64,000 nucleotides of DNA. Origin: Planktothrix sp. GU0601_MAG3. Its GTDB lineage: Bacteria; Cyanobacteriota; Cyanobacteriia; Cyanobacteriales; Microcoleaceae. The position numbers and the translations under genes are program-made. Location: NCBI GenBank assembly GCA_035193785.1, contig CP136572.1:4596578-4660577 (forward strand). Reading direction: 5' to 3'. This document shows, piece by piece, positions 59,799 through 64,000 of this stretch; the stretch's first letter is position 1, and the number at the start of each line of letters is the position of its first letter. Under the pieces are notes generated by a model. It ran no database searches. It had not been told where the DNA came from and saw nothing but the letters and a program-made list of their open reading frames with translations.

Positions 59799-61044
59799 TT
59801 GAACACTTTTCGCAGTTTTGATCCCAAACGTCAACGCAGTTTACTGGCTTTATTTATCGCCGGTTTATGTTTCTGGACAGGGATAACCACACTATTACCA
59901 ACCCTACCGTTATATATTGAATCCCTTGGCGGAAGCACACAACAAATTGGCTGGGTGATGGGGGCTTTTGCCTTGGGTTTATTACCGTCTCGATTGTGGT
60001 TTGGCCCCCTAGCCGATCGCAAAAGCCGCAAATTAGTGTTATTAATCGGAACCCTGGTGGGGACAATCGCACCTTTCGGATATCTGTTTGCGGAATCTAT
60101 TCCCTTATTACTGAGTTTACGAGCCTTTCATGGGGTGAGTGTCGCCGCATTTACCATCGGTTATAGTGCCTTAGTTGCCGATATTGCACCGATTGAACGC
60201 CGAGGAGAAGTGATTGGATATATGAGTTTGGTGGCTCCGATTGGTATGGCTATCGGCCCGGCGGTGGGGGGGTCAATGCAAGCAATGGTGGGGTATGACC
60301 CGATCTTTTTATCTAGTAGCGGATTCGCGTTTTTAGCCTTTTTAGGAACTTGTCAAGTTTGGGAACCCCAACACAATAAACCAACAAAAAAAGTGGTTTC
60401 TACTTCCCTATTAGAAAAGGGTTTATGGTTTTTCAAAACGTTATGGAGTCCCCCTTTAAGGGTTTCCCGCTTTTGTAATGTTAATGGTGGGTTTAATCTT
60501 TGGAACTTTAGTCACATTTTTGCCTTTAGCAGTGAAGGAATCGGGGTTAAATTTTAATGCCGGATTATTTTATAGTACCGCAGCGATCGCTAGTTTTTTA
60601 ATTAGAATTCCTACGGGTCGAGCTTCTGACCGTTATGGTCGAGGTTTATTTATTACTGGGGGATTAATTTGTTATTTTTTAGCAATGTTACTCCTATCTA
60701 AAACTATGCACAGTAATATTATTTTATTGGCTGCATTACTCGAAGGAATGGGGGCGGGGGTTGTGCTTCCGATGATGATTACCTTAATTACTGATCGATG
60801 TTTACCCGAACAACGGGGTCAATTTTTCTCCTTATGTTTAACCGGATTTGATGTGGGAATTGCCGTTGCTGGCCCTATTTTTGGTATCTTTGCCGAACAT
60901 TTGAGTTATTCAGCAATGTTTGCCTTAGATGCGGGTTTAGCCTTAATTGCTTTAATTGCTTTTACCACTTTTTCTAATAAAACAATTCCCCTGTCCATCA
61001 AATTTGCTTTGGGTCAATCCAAAGATATTTATAGTTTAAATTAA
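59799..61044 (+). CDS. MFS transporter; frameshift near 60463
   Basis: GPLADRKSRK and GRASDRYGRG motif A; hydropathy consistent with 12 TM. Confidence 0.9.
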
Positions 61045-61065
61045 TCCGAAATCCGGCTATTGTTT

Positions 61066-62686
61066 ATGAACAAACCAGAACTAATTCAGCCTTTATTATT
61101 AACAGCAATAGCTGGAGTTTTGATGGGCATTGCTGCGGAACCCTGGGGACTGTGGGGGTTAGCTTGGGTGGCATTAGTTCCTTTATGGGTTAATGTTTTA
61201 TCGAATTTCCCACCCCCTAAACCTCCCCTGTTAAGGTTGGGAAATTTGGGGGTATTTAAAACCCCTTTAATATTAGCTTTAGTTTGGGGAATTGGCTATT
61301 ACGGAACCGCCTTATTTTGGATTACGGGAATTCATCCGATGACTTGGTTAGGAGTCCCTTGGTTAGCCAGTTTAGCAATTACTATATTTTGCTGGAGTTT
61401 TCTCACCCTTTGGGGAAGTGCTTTAGTAATAATTTGGACGGGATTATTTTTAATTTTATCAGATCAATTAGCTCAAAGATTCTCTAGGATTTCCCTCGCC
61501 CTAACCCGAGTTTTAATTGCCACAGTTTTATGGTGTGGGTTAGAATTTTTGTGGAGTTCCACGGCATTATGGTGGTCTTCTTTATCCTATACCCAAAGTT
61601 TTGGGAATTTAATTATTTTGCACTTAGGTCAAATTTCTGGCCCCACAACTATCACCGCCACCCTATTAATTGTGAATGGGTTAATGGCGGAAGGGTTAAT
61701 CTTAAATCGGGATAAATATAATTCTCAGACTCCCCATCAAAAATCCTATTTATTATTAATTTTAGCGGTATTATTTTTTGTCTTAGCCCATGGACTAGGG
61801 TTAATTTTGTATAGTACCCCCTTACAAAAAAATCCAGAAACAAGCATTAAAAGTAGGAATTATTCAAGGAAATATTGCCAATGAACTTAAATTAAATTAT
61901 GCAGGATTTCTACAAGCCTTAAATGGCTATACAACCGGATATATTACCTTAGCTAATCAAGGAGTAGACTTGGTAATCACCCCAGAAACCGCCCTACCTT
62001 TTTTCTGGACTGACTCGAATCAACGACAAAATAGTTCTTTTTATCAAGCAGTTTTAAAGCAAAAAGTTCCGGCTATTGTGGGAAGTTTTTCCCTAAAAGA
62101 AGGGGGATATACGAATAGTTTGTTTTCCATGGATGGGGAAGGAAATATTATCGGTCAATATGATAAAATTAATTTAGTTCCTTTAGGAGAATTTATCCCC
62201 TTTAGTGAAATTTTCGGCCGATTTATTCAAAAACTATCCCCCCTAGAAGCCACGTTAATTCACGGTAAACCTACTCAACAATTCCAGACCCCTTTCGGTC
62301 AAGCTACGGTGGGAATTTGTTATGATTCAGCCTTTGCAGACCCTTTCCGTCGCCAAACCGCTCAAGGGGGAGAATTTTTGATTACGGCTTCTAATGATGC
62401 TTACTATTCCTCCACTATTTTAGCTCAACATCATGCCTTAGATGTGATGCGAGCGATTGAAAATCATCGTTGGACAATTCGGGCTACAAATACGGGATAT
62501 TCAGCCTTTATTGACCCCCATGGAAGGACTCAGTGGATTTCAAATCAGAAGACTTATCAACTTTATGCTGATACAATCTATCGTGATCGGACTCAAACCC
62601 TTTATGTCCGTTGGGGGGATTGGCTAATGCCTGTATTATTAATAGCAGGGCTAACCCTATTTTTAGTAAAGATTGACCGTTTATGA
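61066..62686 (+). CDS. lnt: Apolipoprotein N-acyltransferase; frameshift near 61837
   Basis: IGIIQGNI after repair, TPETA, YDKINLVPLGE, ICYDS, MRAIE, RATNTGYS, YVRWGD. Confidence 0.92.
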
Positions 62687-62710
62687 TTAATCTAAATAAT
62701 ATTAATAACT

Positions 62711-63812
62711 ATGATTAAGTCTGATTCAATTTTAATTGTGGATGATGAAACCGGATGTGTTTGATGTTTTCGAGGGGATTTTATTCCGAGAAGGATATCA
62801 ACTCCATTATGCTTCCAATGGACTTGAGGTGTTTAAATTTTTAGAATCGAGTTTACCGGATTTGATTTTATTAGATGTGATGATGCCTGATAGTGATGGT
62901 GTGGATATTTGTCGCAAAATCAAACAAATTCCGGCATGGCAACCGATTCCTATTATTATGATCACGGCACTGAATTCTAAAGAAACCTTAGCTCAATGTT
63001 TAGAAGCTGGGGCAGAAGATTTTATTGGAAAACCGGTTAGTGCCTTAGAAGTTAGGGCTAGAGTGCGTTCAATGCTTCGACTAAAAAAACAGTATGATCA
63101 GTTAGAAAAATCCCAGAAAAAACTAGAACAATTGCTGCAATTACGCGAAGATATGGCCTATGCTATTATTCACGATCTGAGAAATCCCATATTTGTAATT
63201 TCCTTAACTTGTGAACTCCTACACCTAACTGATTTAACAGAAAAACAATCCCAAAAAATCAATCAAATTGCCACTTCAGGACAGCATTTAAACAAACTAA
63301 TTGATTCCTTAATGTTGATGGCAAAACTCGAATCGGGTAAGAAATTACTCAATCCTAAACCGATAAATTTATCTCTGATTGTTGAAGCTGTTATTAATGA
63401 GTTTGAAGCTCAAATTATGAGAAAAAAAATAAAAATTAATGCTATAATTCCCGAGATAAAACGGTTTGTAATTGCCGATGCTGATTTGATTAAGCGAGTA
63501 TTAGAAAATTTACTCGATAATGGGATTAAATTTTCTCCTTCCAATAGTGAAGTTTTAATAGAAGTTGAATATCCCATGGATAAAAACACTGTTAAGGTTC
63601 ATTTTCAAGATTCGGGAAATGGTGTAAAAGATGAACTCAAACAAAGCATTTTTAAAAAATATGAAACGGGGCAACGCTTTGAAGGTGTAGCTCAAACTGG
63701 GCTGGGATTAGCATTTTGTAAAATGGTGATTGATGCCCATCATGGCTGTCTTTCAATTACAGATAATCAACCGAAAGGATCAATTTTTACCATTGAACTA
63801 AACGCGGAATAA
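62711..63812 (+). CDS. REC-HisKA-HATPase hybrid; frameshift near 62748
   Basis: SILIVDDEPD after repair, LLDVMMP, IHDLRNP, GLGLAFCK. Confidence 0.88.
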
Positions 63813-63901
63813 TCGGTAATCAGTGTAGAGACGTGCCACGGCGCGTCTGTATCAGTCATCAGTTAACAGTTTATTACCTATTACCCAAAATCCTAATTTT
63901 T

Positions 63902-64000
63902 ATGTCTAATGATTCTGAAAATTATTCTGTTTCTTCTTTACAAAAAGCGATCACAACCGATCCTTTAACGGTGACACCCGAAACCATATTAATTGATGCG
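63902..64000 (+). CDS. Start of a probable CBS-domain sensor protein (truncated by window end)
   Basis: MSNDSENYSVSSLQKAITTDPLTVTPETILIDA resembles AIVRNPLIVAPDTTVRDA of the CBS kinase starting at 31795. Confidence 0.55.
   Translation, partial: MSNDSENYSVSSLQKAITTDPLTVTPETILIDA

Noticed and set aside
529..63812. Mass pseudogenisation or programmed frameshifting
   Set aside because: All breaks share one context on either strand regardless of reading direction and hit housekeeping genes, which points to a sequencing artefact

Overview
A 64 kb cyanobacterial chromosome segment (frequent HIP1 GCGATCGC sites, heptamer STRR repeats, cyanobacterial-type 6S RNA; Oscillatoriales/Planktothrix-like by style, which is an inference). 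About 28 apparent frameshifts can each be repaired by removing one A from GAAAC (or one T from GTTTC), so the split ORFs are treated as intact genes. That GAAC/GTTC signature may itself reflect DNA phosphorothioation. Contents in order: cystine lyase, TM0106 nuclease, phytase-like esterase, REP-like array, 6S RNA, GNAT acetyltransferase and hslO. Next is an unannotated two-gene cassette, the best candidate for an undescribed system: a ~1040 aa protein whose C-terminus reads like a divergent, inactive Argonaute MID-PIWI, followed by a 1228 aa nuclease-like/SF2 helicase fusion. After rlmN, an amino-acid ABC permease and ATPase are separated by a ~15 kb block carrying a full-length globin-NOS-reductase (syNOS type), a MITE/repeat patch, an orphan NitT/TauT binding protein and cyanobacteriochrome-type hybrid kinases. 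The rest holds crtD, a Wzx/Wzy exopolysaccharide cluster with a visible tandem duplication, a CHASE3 hybrid kinase, a K+ channel, GH31, MFS, lnt and a second REC-HK/CBS pair. All protein calls come from motif recognition by eye; no searches were run.
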